A DNA stretch of 63,262 nucleotides, counting the filler, from Dirinaria sp. TL-2023a (lineage: Eukaryota), in assembly GCA_051941275.1 (NCBI GenBank). It is 4 parts of 4 records of this genome, joined end to end, with 100 filler letters (N's around TTAATTAATTAA, not from the genome) between each part and the next. Parts side by side here need not be neighbours in the genome. Positions count along the whole stretch, not along the records: positions 15,871 to 31,612 come from JAVEBF010000529.1; positions 31,713 to 47,452 come from JAVEBF010000530.1; 2 more parts are not named here. One strand, 5' to 3'. Each line of letters begins with the position of its first letter. The first letter of the stretch is position 1. Of the stretch, positions 23,213 to 35,934 are shown one piece after another. The notes below the pieces were generated by a model. The model saw only the letters and a program-made list of their open reading frames with translations. It was not told the DNA's origin and did not search any database. The position numbers and the translations under genes are program-made.

Positions 23213-25057
23213 GATACCTGTTACTAATTGGGTATTCGTCGTGCATGCGTTGTTTGATAATCGTATATCACAAGCGAAACTAGCCAGTAGCGAAAGGGAG
23301 AGGTGTACGCGCGTAAGACATTGATGATGGTGCCTTGCGAAATACCAAAAGTGGCGATATATATCGAAATCAAAACGAAGCAATGAAGTACGACACGAGC
23401 GGTTCCTGAGAGCTGGAAGCACCGTTGGCAAACCCTATGTTGCCGCTCACACAATGAATGATGCAGCAAGGAAGATACTTTTTTACATTGGGTCGGAGCG
23501 TCGGGTACGGAGATCAATGGCGAAAGTGAGACGGTTTCGCATCGAGCTACGCGATGTCGTGACCGGTGCGAAGACGGCGTTGGCGAGTGGCAGGTCTAGG
23601 TGGTAAGGCTGAGGTCTGTACAGAGGTCTAATTGAGGATAGCGCCGCGCTGGAAATGAAGGCAGAGGTCGAGGTATCAAAAAGGATTGTATGAGAATACT
23701 AGTCATATCAGGTTGGGATTCTGAAGGTGCTGTGTAGCCCGAGATGATCAGTGGCTGTAAGTACGTATGCAGAGTCACGAAGGATGAGGTTGGCAGGTTG
23801 GGCCCGGGGTGCAGGGTGAGCAAAGAAGCTGAAGAGCGAATGCGCAGCTTAGCGCACCGGCCTCATGCGCCAATCATGCAAGCCAAGATGTTTCTAGAAC
23901 GAAAAGGATCACGAATATGTCGGATCCAGCGAGTGTGACTTTTATGCGCTGGCGAGGGATGCAAAAGATTCAAGAAGCGAGTGACGCGTGCTGGACTGCA
24001 TGTATGTACAGTATCGAGAGACGTTCACGATTTTTCCGAAGGAGATTATTTAAAGGGTTGTGCCTTGTGGACCTGTGGTACGGAGGAAACGATCATCAAT
24101 CGATAAGGCGATGAAGGGTGGCAGCTTGGGACTTGGGAGTCTTGGACCTCCGATAAGGTCATGTACGAGTAAAGTACATGTAGTCCACACGTGGAATGGA
24201 ATCTCCACCAAGGGAATTGTGGTCAACAGCGTCAACAGCGTCAAGCATCGTGATGGACGGAGGCATCGATATTCACTAGGAGAATGCTTGCGCGGATGGG
24301 AACGTGTGTCCATCAGAATGGTGGTTTTGAAATCATTGAAATCACAAATCATGTACCTTTAGATGGGGCGATACGTAGGACTTCTACAAGTGAACCACAG
24401 ATCAGATCAACGCACGGAAAAAGGCCCCGGCTGTCAGGTACGGCAGTTCTAGGAGTCCCTCGTACCCCGTACTTTAGCTACCTACATACAGTAAGGTACC
24501 TAAGACTTAGGTTTACTTTAAGGTACCTTATGTACTGTACTGCACGTCTCAATCAAACTGACTAAGCCAGGCCAGGCCAAGCCTCTCTCCATGGTTTCCT
24601 TTCCCTCGGAATCTAACGGCCTGGTACGGACTGCGGCTGCTCCCGTCCCTCAATAAGGTCGGCCAACACACCAAAGAGGCCAAAAAGAGATCTTTGAAGC
24701 CGCATGGATGACGCCTGCTTGAGCGCCTCCTGGAAACAATCAAGCAAAACCCCCCAGCACCGCCTCTCAATGCCTCCTACCTCCTGCGCTGGAAGTTGCA
24801 ATCAAAATCTTGTACTGGAAAGTCTCGCTTGTCTTGAACGGATTGGCGTATGACGTCGTCTTGTGAGCTTATCGATGATGTGCATGTACCTTCGAAAGAA
24901 GTGAGGCGAAACCTCCAACGGGTTAAAGCACATGAAACCTCGATCCGTGAAGTCGTTCGCTAAGGGCACGTATCAAGCTACGTACATACATCCTGTAGGT
25001 AGCTATACAGTATGTACACGTACGTGCTGGATCCACGATACTGCGCTAGTGCCAGCG

Positions 25058-26722
25058 TCATTCTTCGCCATCGTCCTCGCCTTCACCCGCCGCTCCCTTC
25101 CTCAGATCCAACTCGGCCTGCAAGCTTTGGATTTTGGACATCAATTTCCGCTTGAAGATGGGATTCTGTTGCCGTTCAAACTCGGCTTGCTGTGTCTTGA
25201 TTGCGTTCTCCAGATCCAAAATCTCCGCCCGCTGGCGCTGCAGGTCTTGTTGCTGCTCGAGCATATCCTCGTCAACCTCGGCTGCGTTCTCCGACTCGGC
25301 ATCTGCATCTGACGACTCATCGTCACCACTAGTGGCACCTTTCGAAGGTGTTGTCGCTGCTGGCGTTTCACCCATGGCAGAGCCCGGCGAAGGGGCGAAC
25401 GTGCAGCTGTCTGGCGCGATGGATGGTGTGGATGTCAAGCCTTCATTAATTACAGTAGCCGGCCCTACGTCTGCGTCTCCGTCTCCGTCTTCCATCATTG
25501 CCAATTCAAACTCTTCTGCAAAGCCATCGTCAAGAGCCTCCTCTCCAGTGGCCCCTTCGTCGTACTGCTGGGTATCATCTTCTTCGCCCTCCGCATCTTG
25601 CTCGCCAATCCCTGGACTGTCTTGTGTTGCCCCCTCGCTGACAGATCGTACACTTTGCTCTTGTGTGAGGCGGCTCGTGTCATGCACAACGTAGCTACTC
25701 TCTATCGCTTCAGCGTCCCTCCGCAGTAGCTCATCCACCTGCGATTCAACAGCTTCGATGGTAGTCATGCTGACTCTTTTCCTGAAGCGCCTCTTCCGTA
25801 CTCGGTGCATCGGCGGTGTAAGTCCATGCGCGTATTGCCAAGTTTTCGGGTCAACTTCACGTGGTGGAAGAGGGTAGGTGAGCGCTTCATCTTCCGACTT
25901 GATCGTTCCCAATACAAGCAGCATCTGACATATGTCCACGCTTTTGTACCATCCCTTTTTGTCCCAGCTCTTCATGCCTTCGATAATGCATGGGAGATCG
26001 ACCATGGCTGCGGCGTAGAGCGTACCACGTATTTTAACAACGGCCCTACGCCCGTCTGTGTTGAGGAACGTCATCCCTATATCAGCGCCCCCATCAGATT
26101 TGGGCCCAAATCGTTGCTCCGCAATGGCTTGACGAAGGTATTCACAATCATCCCCAGGATGCATACGCAGAATGAAATCTTCTTCAATAGCGGGATCAGA
26201 TTCAGCATCCGAAGCGCAGCTATCATAGCCCGCGCCCTGTGGCTTGTATGTCGTGAGCTTCGGTCCTTTAGTCGATTTCCGGGTGATTTTTAGCTTCGAT
26301 GGTCCGGCCGAGAGAGGCGCAGATGGATTAGAGGCTGAGAGTGGAACCCCGGTGGTAGAGACGCCGATCGAAGGTCTTGAAGACTTTTGGATGAACTTGA
26401 TGGTGGGTTTCTTCTTCAAAGGCTGTATTGCAGCTTCCGCAAGATCGTCATCGCCATCGCTGAGATTCGAAGCCTCAAGGGCGCGCTTTTTAGCGGTCGG
26501 ATTGCTGGCACGGACAGGCTTGTCTTTCTGAGATTTTCGGGGCGCTTTTGTCTTCGTGGTGGATGAGGTTCCAGGATTTGTAGTAGAGGCCTCAGCAGCT
26601 GAGGGTTGTTTTAATTTGAGCTTGAGCTTCGTAGCGGTGGAAGGGGTTTCTGGGATCGGTGAGGGTGGCTTTTTGGGGCCTGTGGAAAGCTTGAGCTTTA
26701 GCGTAGGTTTCGGCTCAGACAT
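25058..26722 (-). CDS. TAF7: TFIID subunit TAF7
   Basis: IEEDFILRM, MVDLPCIIEGMKSWDKKGWYKSVDICQML, HGLTPPMHRVRKRRFRKR (TAFII55_N); acidic region and C-terminal coiled coil with QNPIFKRK. Confidence 0.95.
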   Translation of the reverse strand: MSEPKPTLKLKLSTGPKKPPSPIPETPSTATKLKLKLKQPSAAEASTTNPGTSSTTKTKAPRKSQKDKPVRASNPTAKKRALEASNLSDGDDDLAEAAIQPLKKKPTIKFIQKSSRPSIGVSTTGVPLSASNPSAPLSAGPSKLKITRKSTKGPKLTTYKPQGAGYDSCASDAESDPAIEEDFILRMHPGDDCEYLRQAIAEQRFGPKSDGGADIGMTFLNTDGRRAVVKIRGTLYAAAMVDLPCIIEGMKSWDKKGWYKSVDICQMLLVLGTIKSEDEALTYPLPPREVDPKTWQYAHGLTPPMHRVRKRRFRKRVSMTTIEAVESQVDELLRRDAEAIESSYVVHDTSRLTQEQSVRSVSEGATQDSPGIGEQDAEGEEDDTQQYDEGATGEEALDDGFAEEFELAMMEDGDGDADVGPATVINEGLTSTPSIAPDSCTFAPSPGSAMGETPAATTPSKGATSGDDESSDADAESENAAEVDEDMLEQQQDLQRQRAEILDLENAIKTQQAEFERQQNPIFKRKLMSKIQSLQAELDLRKGAAGEGEDDGEE

Positions 26723-27104
26723 AGTGAACCAGAGCGATGTACAAAGTCAACGAGAATGGAAGAGAAATGCTTGTGTGGGTGGTGGACTGTTCTTGTCATT
26801 CCTGTTAAGGTATGTACATGTAAGTAGAGAGTCTCAGAGTGAACCTCGGAAGCTATTATTATTGTGGAGAAGGGACGAGGGGAACACCTCCGCGGTTAAT
26901 CTTCGGCAATCTTTTTACAAGGTACGAGTACATAAACCTAAACCACGGCATCAGCATTCCGTTACCTGTCTGCCTTATCTTTCACTTCGCATGTGCAAAT
27001 AAATTTCCATCAATGGTAAACATTCGTATATTGAGCTAAAGCAAGATCATATCCAGCATGGATTGCCTCCCCCATCCCATTATTACTTTACCGTCCTTGT
27101 GATG

Positions 27105-27806
27105 ATGTCGACTCACACTTTTTATAACTCTCTGCTCCGACCTCCCATCTTGCATATCCTACGTGCCGCCGGGTTTCACGGGACCCGGCCAGCCGTTCTA
27201 GACACACTGGCCGAGCTCACGTCTCGGTACTTGATTCTGCTAGCGCAGAAGACAGCGGAGCATTGCGTTCTAAATCACAATGAGCTGACACCAACCATCA
27301 TGGACGTGCGTTTAGCTTTACAAGACGTCGGCGCATTTCGCCCTGAGATCAACATCATGGAGGAGCAATGTAAGGGTGAAGAAGATATGCGAGGCCTTGA
27401 AGAATTCCTAAAGTGGATACAAGGTGATGGGAATCGCGAGATAAGGAGAATTGCCGGTTTGGCGCCATCAGAGGGCGAAGTGGTCGCTCTAGAGGCTGGC
27501 GAAGAGAGGGAGGACTTCTTATCTGGTACCAATTCGTCTCTTACCGATCGATGACACGCTGACTGATAGCTTGCAGTGCTAAAAAAGAAACATAGCAAGA
27601 CTGGAGAGGAATCTCGCTATCAAGGGACAGCGCTCGGAAAGTTCGCCGATGGGAGACTTGTGGCTATTGAAGGTGGCGAGGCCGACAGTATTCAGGCATG
27701 GGAAGCAAAATTATATCAGCGTAATCGAGCCGAGCCAGAAGCGTCGTCACGGAAATCCGACTCAGCAATTGCAACCGACGACAGCAGCCCCCTGTCAGAC
27801 ATCTGA
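27105..27806 (+). CDS. TAF3: TFIID subunit TAF3-like histone-fold (bromodomain-associated) protein
   Basis: FYNSLLRPPILHILRAAGFHGTRPAVLDTLAELTSRYL..DVRLAL resembles the fungal Taf3 N-terminal histone fold. Intron 27526-27576; alternative ATG at 27102. Confidence 0.82.
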
Positions 27807-29049
27807 AGCAGGGGAACTTCACCAATCGCCATCGTAGTTGGGCTCGATGTAGACAGCCGCCAGCCGAGCTGCTACACCGCTTTGCTGTGCAGCACTATCA
27901 CGAGTGTGGGATCTATGTGAATAGGCGCGCGTTAACTCCCCCTTGCAAAGCCTCAACGTTGATTATGAGACTTCACACTGGCCACACATTTCATGGTTTG
28001 ATCTGAAGGAAATTCCTTGAATGGTAAGTCTCCTTCATGACTCGTCTTTGTTACCTGCAGCGCGCCTAATTAGAACTGGCTAGTCTGAGAAGAGATCCAC
28101 GTGAAGTACTGCCGAAAGCTCAACACCCTTCTTTATCACGGCAGCCTGCTTTCTTCTGTCTCAATAAAGCAGCAATCTTGAAGCGAATCCTATCCGCAAT
28201 GACTATCTCCTTGACAAATGACCCCAGCTACGAGGCTACGGTACATTGCTGCACGCATACAAAATCTACTGGTTTCCTTCTATCCCTTGGCCAATAATTG
28301 GCCAGGTTTGCAGACGTCGCTCCTCCTTAGACTGTGGGAGCATAAAATCCATCTGTCTTGGCAAGGCAGCGGGAATGGCGCATCAACTCTTCTAAATCGG
28401 TAACTTTATCGACAACAATTGCTCTACAGATGGAAGGGCAGCACGGCTTGCGAAGCGAATGGAACTCCTAAGCCAATAGAAAGGTCAGTCTGCATTGCGA
28501 AAGCAAGAATACTGTGGGAAGCTGGATTACAGCCGTAGGTATTCAACAGGTTCAGGGGTCCTGAATCAATTTTTAAAGCCACAGGAAGATTCATGGTCAG
28601 CACCACCGTCAGTTTCTGGAATCGGGAGTATTTATCGACTCGCAACTAGTTCTGCAGCTAAGCGCGTTTCATTTTTGCGTATGAGTAGCAAAAATGCCTC
28701 TATCCAGATACATCCCGACAATTATTTTGAGGTGTTGAAGAAATACCTACTACAGAACAGGTACGAGTACTGGTACTTGTTGTGGACCCTACCAAGACCC
28801 TAGGGTAGTCAAGATACGGTAGGTACCTCACCTTACCATTCGAGATTTTGAATTTCGACTGGCAACGCTCATCTTAGCTTTCTTCGTTCAAAATAACGTA
28901 CGCTAGCATGTCCATCAAACGCTTCAGCAGCTTTTGTAACTTCGACATAGTAGTGGTCTGAGACCATCACGCTACGATAAAGTGCGAGGGGTGGCACTTC
29001 GTACAAGCTCGTAGGAGACCTAATTTCATTCTGCATGTACCGTTAGACC

Positions 29050-30530
29050 ATGCCTTATCCATTTCCGCTACCAACAACATCGTCTCTTGCTTTCCAAACA
29101 TGCATCAGTAGCGCTACTCATCCTTCGCTACCACTTGCAATTACAACACAGAGAGCATCATTGCGAGCTGTGTTGAAGAAGCATAAGCGGCTGTCTTTCC
29201 AAGCACAAGCCAGTCATCTGACCGAAGTGCTGTACGCGTTTGAGGGCTATATCCCTTACCTCTTTGCAATTGACGCTAGTCTGTGCGGTCGGCCTGTCAA
29301 TGGAGAAGAAGTCGACATACCTTTAGAAAAGGAGGTGGAGGTAGAATGGAGGAGCTCCGTAGCGCCAACAGCGCCAGGAAGAGAAGCCGCTCGTGTTAAG
29401 GGCAAAGGCTTGGATTACGAACTCGCCTGTGCTCTGAGCGCCTTCGCATCTACATTTACGCTGCTTGCTCGGTCGCAACTTGTCTTACTATATGGTACTA
29501 TCACTCCTACAGCCGAACAGCGTCTCTCCATTATCACTAAAGCTACAAAGCATCTACTCAATGCTAGCTCTATTCATGCGTATCTCTCGACTCGTTGTAG
29601 CGAGAATGTTTCCAAGTCATCAATCCCTGAAATGACCTCTTCCGTCCAGGGAGGTCTGGCTGCTCTTGCGATCGCTGAAGCTACGATCCTGGCAGTCCTC
29701 AAAGATGACCCGTACCCGGCAGTCGTGGCACAAGCACGAAACAAGAATGACAAAGAATGGATGATCAAGCCGCCTGAGATACCGAAAGTGAGAGCTCATC
29801 TCTTTGCACGATTATGTTTGGCCGCTGCAGAACACGCAGGGAACGCCGAGTCAATGTTCGAGGCTTCTGGACAGAAAGCGCGTGTTGATGAAGCTCTTGT
29901 GAAATATGCTCGTAACTTGAAACGAACCTCGCGAGCCAAAGCATGTAGATTTTTCGGCATAGATGCAGATCTAGGAGGTGAGACTGGTAAGGGGATCGCA
30001 TGGTTAAACGGTGGAGAGGGCGAACTCGGATTGGGGAAACCTCATGCAGAGGGTTCAAAGCTGCAGGGTCTAGTAAAGTTCAAGAAAGAGTGGACAGAAA
30101 AACGGGAAGATAAAAAGATTGAGAAAGGAGGGGAGTGGGGAAATGATGGTGGTCGCTTTGAGGAAGCAAGGGTGCTGGATATGTTGAAAACGAAGTGGAA
30201 TAAAGTAAATGATACGGTATGCCTAATGACCTACGGAAAAATGCCGAACAGCTGACTCCCGAGCAGATTAATACCCAGGCTGTGCCTTCTTCGGCTCCAT
30301 TGATAGCCAACATGCCCTCGGGTAGAGATATACATTCTGTTAAGCCATACATACCGCCAGCACTTGACGTGGATAAATTAGCAGAGATGCGAGCACTTCC
30401 CGATCTCATGGAGAGCGCAGACGCGGACGAAGATAATAGCAGTGATGATGAGGACGCCAAGCAGCGGAACACTCTCCCAGGCGCGTTCCCTGGAGGCTCT
30501 ACTGCTGGACAGGGCGAGAGCTACTATTAA
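29050..30530 (+). CDS. palC: pH-response regulator PalC (BRO1-like)
   Basis: MPYPFPLPTTS, LAVLKDDPYP, KEWMIKPPEIPKVRAHLFARLC, INTQ, MPSGR, PGAFP and a terminal YY motif. Intron 30217-30266. Confidence 0.93.
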
Positions 30531-30798
30531 CCACGAAACTCGTCAGGTACCCTGTGCAGGGTCGCACGAAACGATAAACGCGTTGGATATCTCGGGGTAT
30601 TGTAATGTTGAGCACCATTTGCGCGACACCTTACCCAGAAGTTTGGCTCACTTGCGAGATGCTTGACACCTTCGCTCCACCGTCCCAGGCAAGCGGCGTT
30701 TGATGGAAACTGGCAAGCTTGTAGGGTCTTCATGTGCAATGGATGTCGACTTAGACGTGTAATATGGTGACATTGTTTCCCTTGCAATGACAGACTAT

Positions 30799-31222
30799 TC
30801 ATGACCCTTCGTTTTTTGCTATGTAGTTCTGCTGCTCAAACAAATATCCAGCCACCTTTCCTTCCTTTAATGCCCGAAAGTATCGCTCTAAGTCTCGGAA
30901 GTCAGTTCTCAATTGCATAATACCGTCCTTGCCCACTTTTCCCCCCCACCAAATCCCAAGTTGTGAATAGTAGTATTTGGGGACGATCCGACCTACCTCG
31001 CAACGCGCCGCACTTTTCCAAGTGATTCACCCCTTCCGTGTAGTAACACTTCTTGAGCTCGTCCCGGATCAGCCGGGCCATCATGTTCTTGACCCATTGC
31101 TCGCGGATGATGGCGTCCTGCGCAGCTTTTAAACGGGCGTTGTCTTCAAAGTCGACGCCGTCGAAGGTGGGAGGGACGGTGGGTTTGCGGGAGAGGAACA
31201 TGGGGGATTCGGGGGTCGGCAT
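30799..31222 (-). CDS. NADH-ubiquinone oxidoreductase 12 kDa subunit (NDUFB10 homologue)
   Basis: MPTPES..PPTFDGVDF..IIREQWV..CYYTEGVNHLEKCG; intron ~30888-30996; second exon ERYFRALKEGKVAGYLFEQQNY. Confidence 0.92.
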
Positions 31223-31612
31223 TGTTGTTACCTGTTGACCAGTCGTGAAAGGATGAGATTCGGTATAAGGAAAGGCTTGAGGGTATATGCGCTGAGGGAC
31301 CCGTCAATTGGTTATGGCTATTAGAGGTACGGAATACTTACCGTACCTTCCTTCGGAGCTTAAGGTACCTTATCGAGCTTATGTAAGATACATTTTACGC
31401 ATGTAAGATAGCTTTAGCAGAGGACACGGAAGTCGGCATTGCGGGCTCACTTATTGCCGGGGATCATTTTACCATCATTTACCGCTAGTGATTAGTGCAT
31501 CGATAAGTGGCTCAAGTGGCTCATTGGGTTTGCCTTGGCGCTTACCTCAGAAGCAGCCAGGGATATTGTGCAACCTTATGAGTTTATGTAGGGGATGCCC
31601 CAGGGGGTGTCT

Positions 31613-31712
31613 NNNNNNNNNNNNNNNNNNNNNNNNNNNNNNNNNNNNNNNNNNNNTTAATTAATTAANNNNNNNNNNNNNNNNNNNNNNNNNNNNNNNN
31701 NNNNNNNNNNNN
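31613..31712. other. Artificial contig linker N44-TTAATTAATTAA-N44
   Basis: Identical to the other two linkers. Confidence 0.97.
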
Positions 31713-32227
31713 AAAAAAAAAAAAAAAAAAAAAAATTGGAACAAGAAAAAAGGGGAGTGGTCTCCGAGATGAAGAAGGCGTGGATGCATGAATTATATTT
31801 AATATTACCTTGATGAGACTAAATTAGTGAGGTAGAGCGACTACTTAGTACCCGAAAGAAAAGTCCATGTTATTTTTTTCTCTCTCGCCTTGGAGTTTTT
31901 CCTTTCTCTGTTGACATTATCATAGTTACTACCGTCATAGCTTTCTCTTGAGGAATGAGTGCGGTACCACTTACAATGTGCGTATCTGGATTGACTTCGC
32001 GTTTATCAAAACAGAAAAAAAGAAAAAAACAAAAAACAAAAACAAAATGAAAACGTAAAACTGCATATCGATTTAAAATTAACTATTACAGGTTCTATTA
32101 AAGAAGTGGAAAAAAAAATGAGTGATGAGACGAAGGGATGAAAGGAAAAAAAAAAGGGTCAATGTAATGTATCACCCTGGTAGGATTTTTCGTTTTGCAT
32201 GAAAATGAGCGCGATGGGGTTCGTGCA

Positions 32228-32250
32228 TGACTGTGACTGTGACTGTGACT
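32228..32250. repeat. (TGACTG)n hexanucleotide microsatellite, ~4 units
   Basis: tgactgtgactgtgactgtgact read directly. Confidence 0.85.
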
Positions 32251-32648
32251 TTGAGTGTCAGGAGAGAATGGTTTTGGGGGGATTTTTTTTGGGTTGTTGT
32301 TTGTGGGTTGTGGTTTGGTTTGGTTTAGGGGGTTTGATGTTAAGATTAGGTTTGCTTTAAGATTTGTTAGTTTTCAAAGAAAAGTGGAGATTGAAATCGG
32401 GGGTTCTATTCGGTTGTCGTGTGATATCGTACTTCTTCTTTTTCAATTGTCATCTGGGACGGATCGTACCTGTAGGTAGAAGAGGAGAACTTATTGACGA
32501 ATAATAATAGGGTGTGATGATTGCAGATCAGGTGGATAGGAATGGAAATAATCCGAGCCACGTGTACTGCTCCGAACATAGAACAAATGACTCCCATTCC
32601 AATGCTTAATGCAAGATCTCTCGAATTTTCAATTGGAGTTGTCGATAC

Positions 32649-33617
32649 TCATGATCCAACGTTCGTGTAGCGAAGATAACTTTTCGGTGTGTCAGCCACC
32701 CCAAAGCGTACTCACGGGGCAATTGTGACTTACGGCTTGACTTCTCGAACTTCCCCAAACTTCTTCTTCGCGTCTGGAGTTGATACAGATGGCGGGACTA
32801 TGACATCATCCCCGGGGCTTGAGGGTTCGTCAGCGGCTCAACTTCTCAAATCCGGCAGCTCAGGCCTATGTGCTCAGCCTTATGCACTTACATCCAATTA
32901 ATAGGTGTGGTAACCCCTTTCCCATCACCCGTCTGCAGGCTATCGATGACCCTCAGTACCTCAGAGGTATTTCTACCCGTGCTCGCCGGGTACATCATCG
33001 TCAAGCGAATCTTCTTGCTTGGATCGATAACGAAGACGCTGCGAATCGTGAACGCAATGCCCTTCTGATCAATGTTCTCGGTATCTTGTGTGTCGAGCAT
33101 GTCGTACGTCCACGCAATCTTCCGGTCCGCGTCGGCGATAATTGGGAATTGCAGATTGGTGTTTGAGGTCTCGTTGATGTCGCTTATCCACCTGTCATGC
33201 GAAGAAAGATCGTTCGCAGACTGGGAATTTTGTTAGCATTGCTTCCACGGCGGGACGGTCCATGGGTTGCGAAAATCATACAAGCCCAATCATCTTAACG
33301 TTTCTCCTCTCGAACTCTTTCTTCATCTTCGCAAAGGCCCCCAGCTCCGTCGTGCATACTGGAGTAAAGTCTGCTGGATGTGAAAAGAGAATGCCCCATT
33401 TGTCGCCAAGCCATTGATGGAAGTCGATGTCACCCTGTGTAGTTTTTGCCTTGAAGTTTGGAGCTATACTGCCGAGTCGAAGACGGGGTTGCTCTCCTGT
33501 CGCTGTTGCATAGGTTCGGCGCAGAGGGGGGGCTCTTATGGGAGCCTGGCAGCGAAGGGATGGCGCGAAAGCCTTAACGGCCAACCGTGGCATTGAACGG
33601 TGGAAAATGGCTGCCAT
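32649..33617 (-). CDS. PRX1: Mitochondrial 1-Cys peroxiredoxin
   Basis: FSHPADFTPVCTTELG, YPASTGRN, TPINW; presequence ending RRTYA. Introns 33221-33281, 32818-32891, 32680-32732. Confidence 0.96.
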
Positions 33618-33905
33618 CGTGAGGAATTTATCTCAAGATTGACTAGAGCAAAAGATATAGAAGCAGACAATGGGAAGAGGATCGAGATTCGCAGATAATC
33701 AATCGTTGTGTGGGCTTTGCAATACCTACTCGAAAATCTTCAAATTGCGTCATCGCGCTGAGAGTCCGCCTCGGCCGGACTCGACGGCCCGATCGTAGTA
33801 CCCATCTGCAGGTGTAATAATGGACATTGGGTAGGTGGTCCTTCTCATCTTGAGCCAGATCTCCGAGGACATGCGCTTCAACGTAATAGATGCCTGGCAG
33901 CATCC

Positions 33906-34584
33906 ATGGCGCTTTCATTTATCTTGATTCAGAACCGCCAGTAAGATCTATGACGTTGGCCCTCTGTGAATAAACGCATACTGACTCTCTTCACAGGGGC
34001 AAGACCCGCCTGGCGAAGTGGTACGCTCCTTACAGCGTCAGCCTACCTCTTCTACCCTCTGCAAAAATCTACTCTTGACACATCTCAGGATGAAGAAAAA
34101 GTGAAATTGAAAGGCGAAGTCCACCGCCTAATCGCACCTCGAGACCAGAAGCACCAATCCAACTTCGTTGAGTTCCGCTCTACAAAGATCGTCTACCGGC
34201 GCTACGCTGGTCTTTTCTTCTGTGTATGTGTCGACGCAAACGACAACGAGTTGGCGTATTTGGAGGCGATACACTTCTTCGTCGAGGTCTTGGACTCTTT
34301 CTTTGGGAACGTGTGTGAGCTGGACTTGGTGTTTAATTTCTACAAGGTACGCTGCATATGCTATTGAATTTGGCACGAAACGGGATTTGGATTTGAGGCG
34401 GGAAAACAGATGCGATTCGCCCTCACGGCTTTAGAGTCAAAATGCTGTGAAGAAAGGATGTTGCTAAATATTTGGCGGGTAGGTTTATGCAATCCTTGAC
34501 GAGGTGTTCCTTGCCGGAGAAATAGAAGAAACGAGTAAACAGGTGGTGTTGACGCGACTGGAGCATCTTGATAAGCTGGAGTGA
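33906..34584 (+). CDS. APS2: AP-2 adaptor complex sigma subunit
   Basis: FILIQNRQ|GKTRLAKWY, YRRYAGLFF, LAYLEAIHFFVEVLD, NVCELDLVFNFYK|VYAILDE. Introns 33941-33996, 34037-34088, 34347-34482. Confidence 0.96.
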
Positions 34585-34773
34585 GCGATGCATTCCGACT
34601 AAGGTACTCGGCACCTGCACAGCCCAAGGGTTGAGATTTTTACATTGTGGGTTAGATGAAGCCCAAAGCAGCACGGTCACAGCAAGAGGCTATTGGCTGC
34701 TTGATGAGTCTTTTGTCTAGATAGCTTTCAATAGACAATCGAATCTTCAATCTCTCTTGGAGATTCCCAGGCC

Positions 34774-35934
34774 TTACTGCCCTTTAATTTGTCGCCACTT
34801 GTCCCAAATCTTGTCTTCGTTCGATCTATAACCCCAGACTACACAGTAATGCCGGGCTAACAATTTCCACTCCTCGACTTCATCCACCATCTCGAGGCCA
34901 GCAACTCTATCTTTTTCTTTGCCATCGATCCAATCTTCCCAAAGAAAGTCTACATCAGCGGCTTCGGCGGTTTCGAAACCATGGCTTCTTAGACGCGACT
35001 TCTGTACATCCAAAGAATGGTACTTCTGGAGCGTTTGCAGCACTATTCCTCTGGCGGCGAGGTTTGAGACCATAACTTCCCCGAACGAGTCAAATGGATT
35101 GAAAGGCTCATAAACAATGATGCCAAGAGATGACGAGAGTGGGGGGAACAAAGCTGCAAAGTAGTCCAGAACAGCGTCCGCTGCTCTGGGTTCGAGATAC
35201 ACCAGACAGCATTCGGAGACGAGGAGGGTAGGCAACGACACGTCGAAATGAGTCAAGACATCTGGCTGTGAAATCCCTTGATCCGATTTCTTGCCGCTGT
35301 CCAGACTGCGTAGATCGATCGGTTGGATAGTGTAGTTCGGCGAGCGTAATGTCGTGCCATCAGCGGAAATATCCACTGGTCCGGGAATACTCCGGCTGAC
35401 ACTGGTATTGCTAGTGATCGTATTGATTTTGCTTGCCGTGTTCCTTGAGAAGTCCAGTTCATGATAGACGTATGAATTTGGTGGGCAGGGAAGCTTCGCG
35501 TGTATCCGGAAAAAGCGTGTATCCGACCCAGCACCCAACGAGATTATTTGCTTCTTCACACTGGATTCCGCGGATAAGAATGCCTCTACGAGCTTGTCGA
35601 TGGCTGTCGTTCTCACAAATGTGCCTGCTCAGTAATCAGAGGGTCCTCTGGTTGACTGTAAGTCAGATATCGGAATACCTCTGTTGATAATGGGGTATCT
35701 TCTGACCCGCCGCTCATTCTCAGAAGGTACAAAGAACCTTGCGAATGGATCACTCAGGTAGCCTACCTCAACAGCACTCAACCGAGAGACACTAGCATCT
35801 TGGTCAGTTCCCTGGATGATCTTGTCACTAACAGCTCGTTCCTCTTCTGTTAAGGCTGATCTGCCTCGCCGGGAAGGACGACCTCCGCGAATAGCGCGAA
35901 ACGTATTGAGATTCGGTATGTGTGAAGCTGCCAT
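34774..35934 (-). CDS. PPM1: Leucine carboxyl methyltransferase 1
   Basis: IIQGTDQDASVSRLSAV, PIINRG|TFVRT, QIISLGAGSDTRFF, SECCLVYL, DEVEEWKLLARHYC. Intron 35625-35678. Confidence 0.94.

Noticed and set aside
27900..28900. Possible spliced minus-strand gene between TAF3 and palC
   Set aside because: It needs an implausibly short intron and gives no sustained frame or recognisable motif.
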